Shown in pieces: positions 51,331-61,409 of a stretch of DNA of 64,000 nucleotides. Position 1 is the first letter of the stretch. Every line of letters begins with the position of its first letter. The translations under genes and the position numbers were made by a program. The DNA lies in assembly GCA_946623825.1 (NCBI GenBank), contig CAMORN010000001.1:322246-386245 (forward strand), read 5' to 3'. Under the pieces are notes generated by a model. The model ran no database searches. It worked only from the letters and a program-made list of their open reading frames with translations, and had not been told where the DNA came from. Origin of the DNA: an uncultured Alphaproteobacteria bacterium. Lineage in GTDB: Bacteria; Pseudomonadota; Alphaproteobacteria; Rs-D84.

Positions 51331-52793
51331 ATTAACGATTTGCCAGTCATTTCAGATGGTTGTTTTATATTCAACAAATGTAAAATTGTTGGTGCGACAT
51401 CTGATAAACCGCCATCGTGTGCCGTAAATTCATGATTAGAAACCATAATAAAACGAACCGGATTTGTCGTATGCGATGTCAATGGAACATTATGTTCGTT
51501 ATCCCACATTTGTTCTGCATTTCCGTGGTCTGCGATAATTAAAACACACCCGTCTAAATCAAGCACCGCAGGAACTATTTTTGATAATTGTTTGTCCAAA
51601 GATTCCATTGCTTTTATCGCAGCAGATTCATTGCCGGTATGCCCAACCATATCACCATTTGCAAAATTCAACAAAACAACATCAAATTTTGAAAGTCGAG
51701 GCAACAACGCAGCCGTTATTTCATTTGCAGACATTTCAGGTTTCATATCAAAAGTTGCAACATCTGGTGACGCAATTAAAACTTTTTCTTCGTTTTCATA
51801 ATCTATATTGCGTTCCGCATCCATAAAATATGTCACATGATTATATTTTTCTGTTTCAGCAATGCGCAGTTGAGATTTACCGTGTTTGGCTAATACATCA
51901 CCCAATGTGTTCAAAACCTTTTCATCTTTTAATAAAGCAGGGCATAATTCGTCCAAACCTTCGCCATATTGGGAAAAACATAAAATATGACAGCCGTTTT
52001 CAATAACCTTGCGCATAATTTGACGCGCACGATCACTGCGATAATTACAGAACAAAAAACCATCTTTTGTGGTTAATTCTGTTGGTTTTATAACAGTTGG
52101 TTTGATAAATTCATCTGTTTCACCGCGGGAATAAGCACCCAATAACGCCTGTTCAATTGTGTCTGCATGATATTCTGATTCTGATTTTTCAATTGCAGAA
52201 AAAGCCAATTCTGTGCGGTCCATATTTTTGTTTCTGTCCATTGTATAATAACGACCAGAAATTGTTCCAAACCATACATTTTCATTATCAAAATCAGCCG
52301 ACAATTCGTCTTTCAACATTCTTATATATTTGTCTGCAGATTGTGGCGGTGTATCACGACCATCGGCTATAAAATGAATACATACACGCAGCCCATTTTT
52401 TAATATATGTTTAATTGTTGTAATTATATCAACAATATTTGCGTGCACACGACCATCAGACATCAAACCTGAAACATGAACAATTCCACCGTCGTTTTTA
52501 ACAGATTCTATAAATTTGTTTAATTCGACATTCTTGGACAAATCTTCAATTTCAAATCTGCGTAAAAACTGATTTACAACACGTCCGGACCCAATCGTAA
52601 TATGCCCAACTTCTGAATTTCCCATAATACCGTCTGGCAATCCAACCGCGTTACCGCTGGCATTCAATTGTGAACAAGGATATTTTCTAATTAAATCATT
52701 ATAAAACGGCATGTTTGCCATTGCTACGGCGTTATGTTCTTTGGAATTATTTATTCCAATCCCATCTAAAATACATAAAACAATTGGTCTCAT
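51327..52793 (-). CDS. gpmI: 2,3-bisphosphoglycerate-independent phosphoglycerate mutase
   Basis: Trimmed to ATG 52793 (AAGGAA RBS). MRPIVLCILDGIG, GNSEVGH, ADGRDTPP, NFANGDMVGHTG, ADHGNAE. Confidence 0.92.
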   Translation of the reverse strand: MRPIVLCILDGIGINNSKEHNAVAMANMPFYNDLIRKYPCSQLNASGNAVGLPDGIMGNSEVGHITIGSGRVVNQFLRRFEIEDLSKNVELNKFIESVKNDGGIVHVSGLMSDGRVHANIVDIITTIKHILKNGLRVCIHFIADGRDTPPQSADKYIRMLKDELSADFDNENVWFGTISGRYYTMDRNKNMDRTELAFSAIEKSESEYHADTIEQALLGAYSRGETDEFIKPTVIKPTELTTKDGFLFCNYRSDRARQIMRKVIENGCHILCFSQYGEGLDELCPALLKDEKVLNTLGDVLAKHGKSQLRIAETEKYNHVTYFMDAERNIDYENEEKVLIASPDVATFDMKPEMSANEITAALLPRLSKFDVVLLNFANGDMVGHTGNESAAIKAMESLDKQLSKIVPAVLDLDGCVLIIADHGNAEQMWDNEHNVPLTSHTTNPVRFIMVSNHEFTAHDGGLSDVAPTILHLLNIKQPSEMTGKSLI

Positions 52794-52907
52794 TTTCTTT
52801 CGTTCCTTTATGTTAAAAAGCATATCATATATGTTTTTTCATTGCAAAATAAAAAGAAAAAATATATATTATTAATAAAGGAAACAATTCATATAACAGG
52901 ATAACCC

Positions 52908-53321
52908 ATGGCAAAAAGACCGGTTGTTATTAACGAAGTAGATTCTCACATAGCACAACGTTTATTATTGCGTCGGGTTATGTTGGGTTTTTCTCAATCT
53001 GATTTGGCAAAAAAATGTGGAATCAGTTTTCAACAAATACAAAAATACGAAACCGCAGGCAACAGAATTCCGGCATCTCGTCTTTTTGATTTAAGTCAGG
53101 CGCTTGAAACATCTGTTGCTTTCTTCTTTTCTGGATTGCCGGGGAATATACCACCTGAAACCAAGGCCAGTCGTTCAAGCCGTGTTTCAGAACAAAAAGA
53201 AACAGATCCGTTGTCTAAAAATGAATCTTTACAGCTTATAAATTTATATTGGGGACTTGCATCAGACAGTCAACGCGAAATGGTTATGAAAATGTTAAAA
53301 ACATTAAATGGTCAAGAATAA
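52908..53321 (+). CDS. XRE-family helix-turn-helix transcriptional regulator
   Basis: IAQRLLLRRVMLGFSQSDLAKKCGISFQQIQKYETAGNRIPASRLFDLSQAL is a Cro/C1-type HTH. Confidence 0.8.
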   Translation: MAKRPVVINEVDSHIAQRLLLRRVMLGFSQSDLAKKCGISFQQIQKYETAGNRIPASRLFDLSQALETSVAFFFSGLPGNIPPETKASRSSRVSEQKETDPLSKNESLQLINLYWGLASDSQREMVMKMLKTLNGQE

Positions 53322-53332
53322 AAAAACAATTT

Positions 53333-53369
53333 AAAAAAAACAGCCACTTTTTTGGTGGCTGTTTTTTTG
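53333..53369. terminator. Bidirectional terminator
   Basis: A8, CAGCCAC-TTTTTTG-GTGGCTG, T7. Confidence 0.65.
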
Positions 53370-55868
53370 TTATTTTTCGTTTGGACTTCTGATATTTTGA
53401 ATTTCGCATTGTTGATTGAAATATGTTCCGCCCAACATATCGCATCTGCTTTCATACCAAGCAGGGGTTAAAACACATTGATTCAAAGCTTCATCAAATT
53501 CAGCCAACGCAACTTCAAGCATCTTGTTTTTATCTGATGGGTCTCTGTTCTGTTCAAGACATGTTGTCTTTAAATTACCACTTACACAATAACCAACATC
53601 TTCAAGATTAAGGTTCGCGACACTTGATGCATTTGCAATAGATACACCATAATATTTTTTATAGAATTCAGCATGTAAATCTGCCGCATTCAGATTTTTT
53701 ATGTCGCCGCCATTCATCCAAATACCATCCAGACTTTCACAACCGACAGAAAATCCAATTCCCAATTCAGCAAAAACATCTTTGATTATGCGGTCTCTGA
53801 TTTCGAGATTAAACGCAGATATTTCATTTGTTCCGATTGTATTAGATTCATCGTTTTTAACCAAATCTGTTGCACAGAATATTTTTATACGACTTTCCAA
53901 GGCGGCACGCAATTCTTGTTTTTGTTTTGTTTTGCAAGAACCATATTTAACTGTTTTGATAACAGTTCCTTCTTCGTCTTTGATTTCTTCGTCAGGGCAA
54001 ATTGTTGCTAAATATTTTTCCAATGCAACCTCGCATCCTTCGGCAACTTTAACACTATCAACAGTATCAACGAAAGCTAACAATGCTTGTAAACCACAAG
54101 TTTTGTTTGGAACAGGGGTTAATTTTTTGCTTTTGTCATCATATTGACAACCGTCTGGGTCACCATACAATGCAGCACAAGCCATAACACGTTCATAACA
54201 CATACCACGTGCAGCAACCGCAGATATTGCTTTTGTAGAACTTTGTTCTCCTTCACCAACGGTTGTGTCTAAACTGTCCATCGCACCTGTTTGTTTATCA
54301 TAACATTGTTTAATTGTCGCAACACAAGAATCTTTTACAGATTCAATCTTTGTGTCTTGTGCTTGTGCGATTTGAATAAGTGCACTGCGCTTAAATTCAA
54401 ACCATACTGTATCTGCAATATCGCGACATGAATTTAAAGCTGTTTCGGCAAACATTCTTTTTGAATCAAGGAAATCATTAAATCCTTTATTTGCCCCTAA
54501 AACATCAGCACTGTCGCCCAATACAATTAAATTATTTAAACCAAATAAAGCCTTTGAATAAATAGGTTCGCCGGTTGTTGTATTTATATATTGACCAGTA
54601 TAATCCATACATCTTTCATAATTTGGTCCACAAGCCAACGGATTTTTAAGTGCTTCTTCAACCTTGGTTAAACATTGGTTTACGTCTGCTGAATTGTGTG
54701 CACGATATTCTTCCAATCTTGCTTCGCGTAAATATTTTTCAGCCTGACGAACGGTTTCTTCAACAGAAGCCTTTTTTGCATTGATGTTCTTTTCATATAA
54801 ATTACAATCTTGGGTTACCAATATTGAATATGAAGAACGCGCTAAATTAAACATAGCGTCGCTATTGCAAGCCTCGCGGGTAATTTGTGAACATTGATTG
54901 CTAGCTGATGTGAATAACTCTTTACCTTCCATTTCAGCTAAATTTGTAGTATCATTATTTTCGCCAAACAAAGATGTGCCACCACCAAAGGCATCGCCAC
55001 CACCCCAAACATTATCCAACGAAGATGAAAAACCAGACAAATCTAAAACACCAATTGAATTACCAGTATTTGAACTTGGTTTAGATGTAGATTTCTTTTT
55101 GCCTGCCAATATATCACTGATGTTATCTAACATTTTTTGTGATGCTGATGTGTCTCTTTTAATAGCTGCTTCACCTTCGGTTGCAGTGTACATTGCGTTA
55201 ACTTCTGCGGCAGTTTTATCAACAGCATCTAAATTGTTGTTTTGGAAATCAGCCAACATTTGCAAAGCTTCGTCTAAAGCGTTTGCTGTATCACGAAAGT
55301 CTGTAAATCTATCGCTACAAAAACATCTTCTGTATGTTTCGTTGGCAGCTGCACAGAATTGATCCATACATGTTGCATAAGAATCACGACAAGCCGCATA
55401 TCCGCCACCAATTTTTGAAACATCGTTAAATACAGCTGTTGCACGTGATTTGTTTGCACGAGAAGTATTTTTATCAGATGAAATATTTTTCTTGTTTGCA
55501 GAAGAATGTATCACAGTGCCAGATTTTTTGACTGCATTAGATGCTGCAGCACGAGAAACATTTGCACCACCGGAAACAACATTATTTCCAGAACGAACGG
55601 AACGACCAGCATCAACAGAACGTTGAACCGCAGCGGCACGAGAATTTACAACAGTATGTTTTTTACTGTTTGCAGACACATTACGTGCAATAACAGATGT
55701 TGCAGAGCGTCTGAGCGAAGCATTTGCGTTTGCTTCTTGAACATAAGAAGCATTTCGCCCCGTTGCAGCGTTACTGCCACGTGGATTTTGTGCCTGAACC
55801 CCAAAAGCAATCCCCGGCAAAATCATTGCCATTGCAGATAATTTTAGAATATTTTTTATGCCCACCAC
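53370..55868 (-). CDS. Large secreted Cys-rich protein (832 aa), paralogue family with 280..1530
   Basis: Signal MVGIKNILKLSAMAMILPGIAFGVQA. About 110 aa of S/A/N/R-rich low complexity, then repeated Cys pairs and triplets (ACRDSYATCMDQFCA, MCYERVMACAALYGDPDGC, CGPNYERCMDY, and others). Confidence 0.7.
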   Translation of the reverse strand: MVGIKNILKLSAMAMILPGIAFGVQAQNPRGSNAATGRNASYVQEANANASLRRSATSVIARNVSANSKKHTVVNSRAAAVQRSVDAGRSVRSGNNVVSGGANVSRAAASNAVKKSGTVIHSSANKKNISSDKNTSRANKSRATAVFNDVSKIGGGYAACRDSYATCMDQFCAAANETYRRCFCSDRFTDFRDTANALDEALQMLADFQNNNLDAVDKTAAEVNAMYTATEGEAAIKRDTSASQKMLDNISDILAGKKKSTSKPSSNTGNSIGVLDLSGFSSSLDNVWGGGDAFGGGTSLFGENNDTTNLAEMEGKELFTSASNQCSQITREACNSDAMFNLARSSYSILVTQDCNLYEKNINAKKASVEETVRQAEKYLREARLEEYRAHNSADVNQCLTKVEEALKNPLACGPNYERCMDYTGQYINTTTGEPIYSKALFGLNNLIVLGDSADVLGANKGFNDFLDSKRMFAETALNSCRDIADTVWFEFKRSALIQIAQAQDTKIESVKDSCVATIKQCYDKQTGAMDSLDTTVGEGEQSSTKAISAVAARGMCYERVMACAALYGDPDGCQYDDKSKKLTPVPNKTCGLQALLAFVDTVDSVKVAEGCEVALEKYLATICPDEEIKDEEGTVIKTVKYGSCKTKQKQELRAALESRIKIFCATDLVKNDESNTIGTNEISAFNLEIRDRIIKDVFAELGIGFSVGCESLDGIWMNGGDIKNLNAADLHAEFYKKYYGVSIANASSVANLNLEDVGYCVSGNLKTTCLEQNRDPSDKNKMLEVALAEFDEALNQCVLTPAWYESRCDMLGGTYFNQQCEIQNIRSPNEK

Positions 55869-55929
55869 TTTCGTTCTCTCTTTATTTATGTTTTTATTTT
55901 ATCATTTTTTGCGATACTAAATCAAGCGT

Positions 55930-56526
55930 TTATTCTATACAACAATTCACTGCGTTTTTTACCCATTGTCCAAGGCGTTTAACACTAGATACTTTTTCTT
56001 CTGTTTTTACAGTTTTTTTAGTTTCTTTTTTTTCAGGAACCTTACATTCTTTGACTGCACCATCATAAAAAGCAGGAACAGATTCATGAACACCGTTTAA
56101 GTCTATTAAGTGCATATTTAACCCCCAAAACAGAGAATATAAATCATATGCCTTGGAAAACATTTCATAAGCATCTTTCTTACGGCCAGCGCCCATTGCT
56201 TTTGTTCCAACTTCGTATAAACGCATAGAAGCGGCCAACAAATGTTTAGAAATACACCAAACTTCGCCATCTTCTGGACCAGATTTTTTAACAATGCGTT
56301 CCATTAATTCTTTGCGCATATTACGAACAGTGTTAATTAAATCGTAAAAACCGACTTTCTGTGTCTTTGCACCACTGAAGAAAAAGTGTTCTTCGAGAGA
56401 TACCAAGTTCATCAAAGCTATTGATAAATCTTGATCAGATGACAAATCAAGTGGGTTTGCTTTTTTTGCAGCATCCAATTTTTCAATCATTTCTTCCATA
56501 GACAATTTTTTATCAGATTTTTTCAT
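55930..56526 (-). CDS. Hypothetical protein (198 aa)
   Basis: Clean ORF; no motif recognised. Confidence 0.5.
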   Translation of the reverse strand: MKKSDKKLSMEEMIEKLDAAKKANPLDLSSDQDLSIALMNLVSLEEHFFFSGAKTQKVGFYDLINTVRNMRKELMERIVKKSGPEDGEVWCISKHLLAASMRLYEVGTKAMGAGRKKDAYEMFSKAYDLYSLFWGLNMHLIDLNGVHESVPAFYDGAVKECKVPEKKETKKTVKTEEKVSSVKRLGQWVKNAVNCCIE

Positions 56527-56544
56527 TTTATTTTTCCTTTTTAA

Positions 56545-57036
56545 TTAAATCGTGTATTTAGAAACCAAGAAACTTACAATAAACAACATAACCAATGCCA
56601 TAACTACTTTTTCAAAAGGGAAATGTGCATGATTATTATTACGAATTTTCATATATTCATAAAGTTTCTGGGATATAATATAAACAATTCCACCAACAAT
56701 AGCCCATAACAAGAAAGCATCTATACCAAAGAAACAAGGTGTATAAACCAGATGTTTAATATATAACGCGCCAATCATTGAAAAAGACAGTAACATTAAA
56801 ATCGCATCACGACCAAAAAAATGCCAATTCTTTTTATCAAACCATTTAATTGCCCAATAACCCAAAATAACCAAAAAAGCGCCCAACCAAACCGCAACAG
56901 CGTTATCACAAACCCCAAGTCTTCTGGATATTGTCAATGTTGCGCCAATTGCAACCGTGCAAACAGCACACGCAGGATTTGCAAAAACATTAGTCGTTGC
57001 AAATGTTCCAAATAAAATTGCTAGTAATTTCTTCAT
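56545..57036 (-). CDS. Polytopic membrane protein, function unknown
   Basis: Trimmed to ATG 57036 (AAGGAA RBS). Signal-like MKKLLAILFGTFATTNVFA plus about 4 hydrophobic spans. Confidence 0.55.
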   Translation of the reverse strand: MKKLLAILFGTFATTNVFANPACAVCTVAIGATLTISRRLGVCDNAVAVWLGAFLVILGYWAIKWFDKKNWHFFGRDAILMLLSFSMIGALYIKHLVYTPCFFGIDAFLLWAIVGGIVYIISQKLYEYMKIRNNNHAHFPFEKVVMALVMLFIVSFLVSKYTI

Positions 57037-57096
57037 AGTTTCCTTTCCTTTGTTTCGTATTTTAACATAATTCAAGATTTTAGGTCAACACCATAT

Positions 57097-57945
57097 TTAT
57101 AGTTTTTTTATCGCCCTTAAATGCGCAGATCTGGCGCGTGGATTATTTTCCAATTCCGTATCATCTGGGGTAAAAACCTTTAACATTTCATATTCAGAAT
57201 TGCTGACGGTTGGTAATCTTGGGTCTCCGATTGGTTGACTCCATTGTCTGAAAGTGTTTTTAACAATTCGGTCTTCAATACTGTGAAATGTCACACACAC
57301 ACAACGCCCATCTTTTTTTAATAAATCTTTGACAGAATCTAACGCAGATTTAATCTGGCCCATTTCATCATTAACAGCTATACGTAAAGCCTGAAATACA
57401 GGGGCAACATCTTTTGGATTTTTGATTAAATCACGCAATTGAAATGTTGTTTGTGGCAAATTCTTTTTTAAAATATTCGCAATCAAATAAGATTTCTTGA
57501 TATCACCATATTCATACAAAATATCAGCCAATTCTTTTTCAGACAATGTTTCAATTAAATCTTTTGCACTTTGTCCAGAATTCGCGTTCATACGCATATC
57601 AAGCGGACCATCAAAACGGAAAGAAAAACCGCGTTCACCGTTATCTATTTGCATAGAAGAAATACCTAAATCAAAAACAATATCATCAAAATCATCAGAA
57701 TTTAATTCTTTGATTTCTGAAAAAGGTTTGTTTATAAATGTGAATTTATCACCGTATTCTTGTTTTAATTGTTCAGCATCAGCAATAACATTTGTGTCGC
57801 GATCAAAAGCTATCACATTTGCACCGTGTTCTAAGAAAGCACGAGAATAACCACCCGCACCAAATGTACAATCAACAATTGTGCGATTTTTTATATCACC
57901 CAATGTTTCAAGAACTTTGTCTAAAAGTACAGGTATGTGTTTCAT
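57097..57945 (-). CDS. rsmH: 16S rRNA (cytosine1402-N4)-methyltransferase
   Basis: HIPVLLDKVLE, DCTFGAGGYS, DLGISSMQ, SFRFDGPLDMRM, FHSIEDRIVK. Confidence 0.92.
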   Translation of the reverse strand: MKHIPVLLDKVLETLGDIKNRTIVDCTFGAGGYSRAFLEHGANVIAFDRDTNVIADAEQLKQEYGDKFTFINKPFSEIKELNSDDFDDIVFDLGISSMQIDNGERGFSFRFDGPLDMRMNANSGQSAKDLIETLSEKELADILYEYGDIKKSYLIANILKKNLPQTTFQLRDLIKNPKDVAPVFQALRIAVNDEMGQIKSALDSVKDLLKKDGRCVCVTFHSIEDRIVKNTFRQWSQPIGDPRLPTVSNSEYEMLKVFTPDDTELENNPRARSAHLRAIKKL

Positions 57946-60900
57946 TATTCAATTACCACTTTTGTTCCCAATGCTGTTAAATCTTTTGCGGTTGAAGTAT
58001 CTAATTCCACCGTCTGCTTTAAAACCAAAGACGCCACTTTATCCGCAGAATGTAATTTTAAAACAACCTGAGTCATACCGAACGGCAGGGCACTCAAAAC
58101 CTTTTTTACATCCGCCAATGCGTTTTGAGAATATACTTCTATATTTATTCTTTTTGCTATTTTTGCGACCCATTTTGATAATGGCATCAATGAATCTACA
58201 AATACAGAAACGCGTTCATCACGAATAGATACCTTGCCAGAAATAACAACTGCTGTTTCTGATTTTAATACATCCATCAATAAATTTGCGTTTTCACCGA
58301 AAGCGACACCTTCTATATTGCCATAGCTGTCAGATGCATTTATGGTCAACATTTCTTTGCCGGTTTTTGTTGTGCGCTTTGAAAACGAATTTACAATCGC
58401 GGCAATCTGTACTGGTTTTCTATCGCCCAGCTCTGCTATTTTGTCGCTTGTCTTTAAATTAGAACGAGATATTAAAGATTTATATTGGTCCAATGGGTGG
58501 GCGGAAATATAAAATCCAAGTGCAGACAATTCATTTTCAAGTTTTTGTATAAAAGTCCAAGGTTTTGTTTTTGGTAAATCTTTGCGTAATCTGTCACTGG
58601 TAACATCATCTGCCGTTGTGTTTTCAAATAAAGATAACGCATTTGATGTTTCTCTTGATTTTGTGCCATATGCTAAAATTGCGTCAGCATTCATAAATAT
58701 CAATGCACGGTTTGGTTCAAGTGAATCAAGAACACCAACCTTGGCAAAAGCTTCAAGTATTCGCTTGTTTATAAATGGTGAACACCGTTTGATAAAATCT
58801 GTCAGATTCTTGAATTTACCATTTTCTTCGCGTTCTGCAACAATTGCATCTGTGGCAATGGTTCCAACACCTTTAATAGCAGCAAGTGCATAAATAATTT
58901 TTCCGTTTTTAACTGTAAATGTAGATTCACTTTCGTTTATATCCGGTGCGACAATTTGAATATTGAAATTGGTTTTTGCATCATCTACAAACAAAGCCAA
59001 TTGATCTGTGTCATTCATATTACTGGACATAGAGGCAGCTAAAAATTCTGCTGGGAAATGCGCCTTTAAATAAGCACATTGGTTTGCAACGATAGAATAG
59101 GCGATAGCGTGCGATTTGTTAAACGCATATTTTGCAAATTCTTTGAATTTTTCCCACAAATCTTTTGCTTCGTCTTCTTTCAATGTGTCGTGGTCGGCAC
59201 AACCCTTTAAAAATTTAACTTCAAGTTCGGCCAGCAATTCAATTTTCTTTTTACCCATAGCTTTTCGCACAGTATCAGATTCACCACGGGTAAATCCCGC
59301 CAATGCGCGTGTTAATTGCATAACCTGTTCTTGATAAACAATAATACCATAACTTTCTTTTAAAATTGGTTCCGCCAATGGGTGAACATATTTAATTTCT
59401 TCTTCACCGTGCATACGCGCAATAAATTGTGGAATAAACGCGATAGGTCCCGGACGATTTAATGCATTCAAAGCGGATATTTCCAAGAAACTTGTAGGGT
59501 GCATTTTCTTTAATGTTTGTTGAACAAACGGCGCATCGAATTGGAATATACCTTCGGTTAAACCAGATTGCCATAATTTCATTGTTTCTTCGTCATCGGT
59601 TGGAATTTTATCTAAATCTATGTTGATACCACGCGTTTTTTGAATTAATTGAACTGCGTATTTTAACACAACCAATGTTTCCAACCCCAAAAAGTCGAAC
59701 TTAATTAAACCTGCACTTTCCAAATAATGTCCATCAAATTGACATGATGGTAATTGGTTCGCAGGATCACGATACACTGGTGCAATTTTTGTTGTTGGTC
59801 TGTCGCCTATAACAACACCACAGGCGTGTTGACCCAGATTTCGTATAGAACCTTCCAATTCTTCTGCGATATCCATAACTTTCTTCATATCAGAATCATT
59901 GTCGATGATTTCACGAATTTCACGAGTCTTTTCAACGGCTTCTTTCAATGTTTTTACATCTGCAGGTATCAATTTACATACCGCGTCAGATTTAGAATAT
60001 GGCATACCATATACACGTCCAATATCACGAACCGCGCCACGTGCCTGCAGACTGCCAAAAGTAATAATTCTGCACACAGAATCACGTCCATATTTACCGC
60101 CAACATAATCGAGAACTTTTTCTATACCAGTTGGTTCAAAGTCCACATCAAAATCGGGCATAGATATACGATCTGGATTTAAAAATCTTTCAAACAATAA
60201 TCCATATTTTAATGGGTTCACATGGGTAATACCCAATGCCCACGCAACGATAGAACCCGCACCACTGCCACGACCTGGTCCTGTTAAAATATTGTTTTGG
60301 CGACACCAATTAATATAATCTGCCACGATAAGGAAATATCCTGGGAAACCCATACCTATAATAACACCTAATTCATATTCAGCCTGTTCATAATATGGGG
60401 CTGTGTCGGTGATATTATGTTGTTCAAGACGTGCTTTTAACCCGTTCATTGTTGCATCGCGCAACATTTGACATTCTGTTTCAAGGTCGCCCCCAAATCG
60501 TGGCAACAAAGGTTTTTCATGAACATTGACATAAAAAGCACATCTTTTTGCAATATTAACTGTGTTTTCAAGTGCCTCTGGTAAATCAGAAAACAATTCG
60601 TTCATTTCTGATTTTGATTTAAAATATTGTTCTGGTGATTTGCGTGGGCGTTCTGGGTTAATAACACGCGTTTGCCCCAAAACACAACCCAATGCATCTG
60701 TGGCCTCATAATCATCAGCGGTTGCAAAACAAACATCATTTGTTGCAACAATCGGAATATTTAAATCACGCGCAATTTGTAAAAACACAGGTTCAGTTTT
60801 TATTTCTTCTGGCAAACCATGTCTCTGAATTTCCATATAAAAATTGTTTCCGAATATTTCCAGAAATTGTTGTGCCAATGTAAACGCGGTGTTGTTTTGA

Positions 60901-61379
60901 TTGTTTAATACAGCCATACCAATTGGACCAGTATGTGCACCAGACAAACAGATAATATCGTCTTTGTGTGCTTTTAATTCTGAAAATGTTATATACGGCC
61001 CCAAATGATGATTATCTTGACGCATATACATTATACGGCTTAATTCACACAGGTTTAAATATCCTTCGTGATGTTTTGCCAATAATACAATTTTAGACAA
61101 AGATGATTGACGTAATATTTTTGGATCTGCACTGTGTTGGTTTAATGTTATTTCAACACCTATAATTGGTTGAACCTTGTTTGATGGCATAACATCTGAA
61201 AATTCTGCGCAACCAGACATCATATTTGTATCAGTCAACGCACATGCAAACATTTCGTTGTCATGACACAATTCAGGAATACCTTTTAATATACCTAATT
61301 TTTTATTTGCGCCAACGGGCAGGGTTGAACCGCCAACAGAAACCTTTGAATGAACACGCAAATGCACAAAATCAGGCAT
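57945..61379 (-). CDS. dnaE: DNA polymerase III alpha subunit
   Basis: PHP N-terminus FVHLRVHS, GPGRGSGAGS, PDFDVDF, FDFLGL, YQEQVMQ, and full length of 1144 aa. Confidence 0.95.
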   Translation of the reverse strand: MPDFVHLRVHSKVSVGGSTLPVGANKKLGILKGIPELCHDNEMFACALTDTNMMSGCAEFSDVMPSNKVQPIIGVEITLNQHSADPKILRQSSLSKIVLLAKHHEGYLNLCELSRIMYMRQDNHHLGPYITFSELKAHKDDIICLSGAHTGPIGMAVLNNQNNTAFTLAQQFLEIFGNNFYMEIQRHGLPEEIKTEPVFLQIARDLNIPIVATNDVCFATADDYEATDALGCVLGQTRVINPERPRKSPEQYFKSKSEMNELFSDLPEALENTVNIAKRCAFYVNVHEKPLLPRFGGDLETECQMLRDATMNGLKARLEQHNITDTAPYYEQAEYELGVIIGMGFPGYFLIVADYINWCRQNNILTGPGRGSGAGSIVAWALGITHVNPLKYGLLFERFLNPDRISMPDFDVDFEPTGIEKVLDYVGGKYGRDSVCRIITFGSLQARGAVRDIGRVYGMPYSKSDAVCKLIPADVKTLKEAVEKTREIREIIDNDSDMKKVMDIAEELEGSIRNLGQHACGVVIGDRPTTKIAPVYRDPANQLPSCQFDGHYLESAGLIKFDFLGLETLVVLKYAVQLIQKTRGINIDLDKIPTDDEETMKLWQSGLTEGIFQFDAPFVQQTLKKMHPTSFLEISALNALNRPGPIAFIPQFIARMHGEEEIKYVHPLAEPILKESYGIIVYQEQVMQLTRALAGFTRGESDTVRKAMGKKKIELLAELEVKFLKGCADHDTLKEDEAKDLWEKFKEFAKYAFNKSHAIAYSIVANQCAYLKAHFPAEFLAASMSSNMNDTDQLALFVDDAKTNFNIQIVAPDINESESTFTVKNGKIIYALAAIKGVGTIATDAIVAEREENGKFKNLTDFIKRCSPFINKRILEAFAKVGVLDSLEPNRALIFMNADAILAYGTKSRETSNALSLFENTTADDVTSDRLRKDLPKTKPWTFIQKLENELSALGFYISAHPLDQYKSLISRSNLKTSDKIAELGDRKPVQIAAIVNSFSKRTTKTGKEMLTINASDSYGNIEGVAFGENANLLMDVLKSETAVVISGKVSIRDERVSVFVDSLMPLSKWVAKIAKRINIEVYSQNALADVKKVLSALPFGMTQVVLKLHSADKVASLVLKQTVELDTSTAKDLTALGTKVVIE

Positions 61380-61409
61380 ATCAAAAACCTTTCCTTTTAC
61401 CGTATATTA

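Noticed and set aside
53423-55841. Plus-strand ORFs of 62-154 aa (53423..53611, 53701..54147, 54898..55362, 55506..55841).
   Set aside because: They are antisense to the 832-aa secreted Cys-rich protein gene and have no independent start signals.
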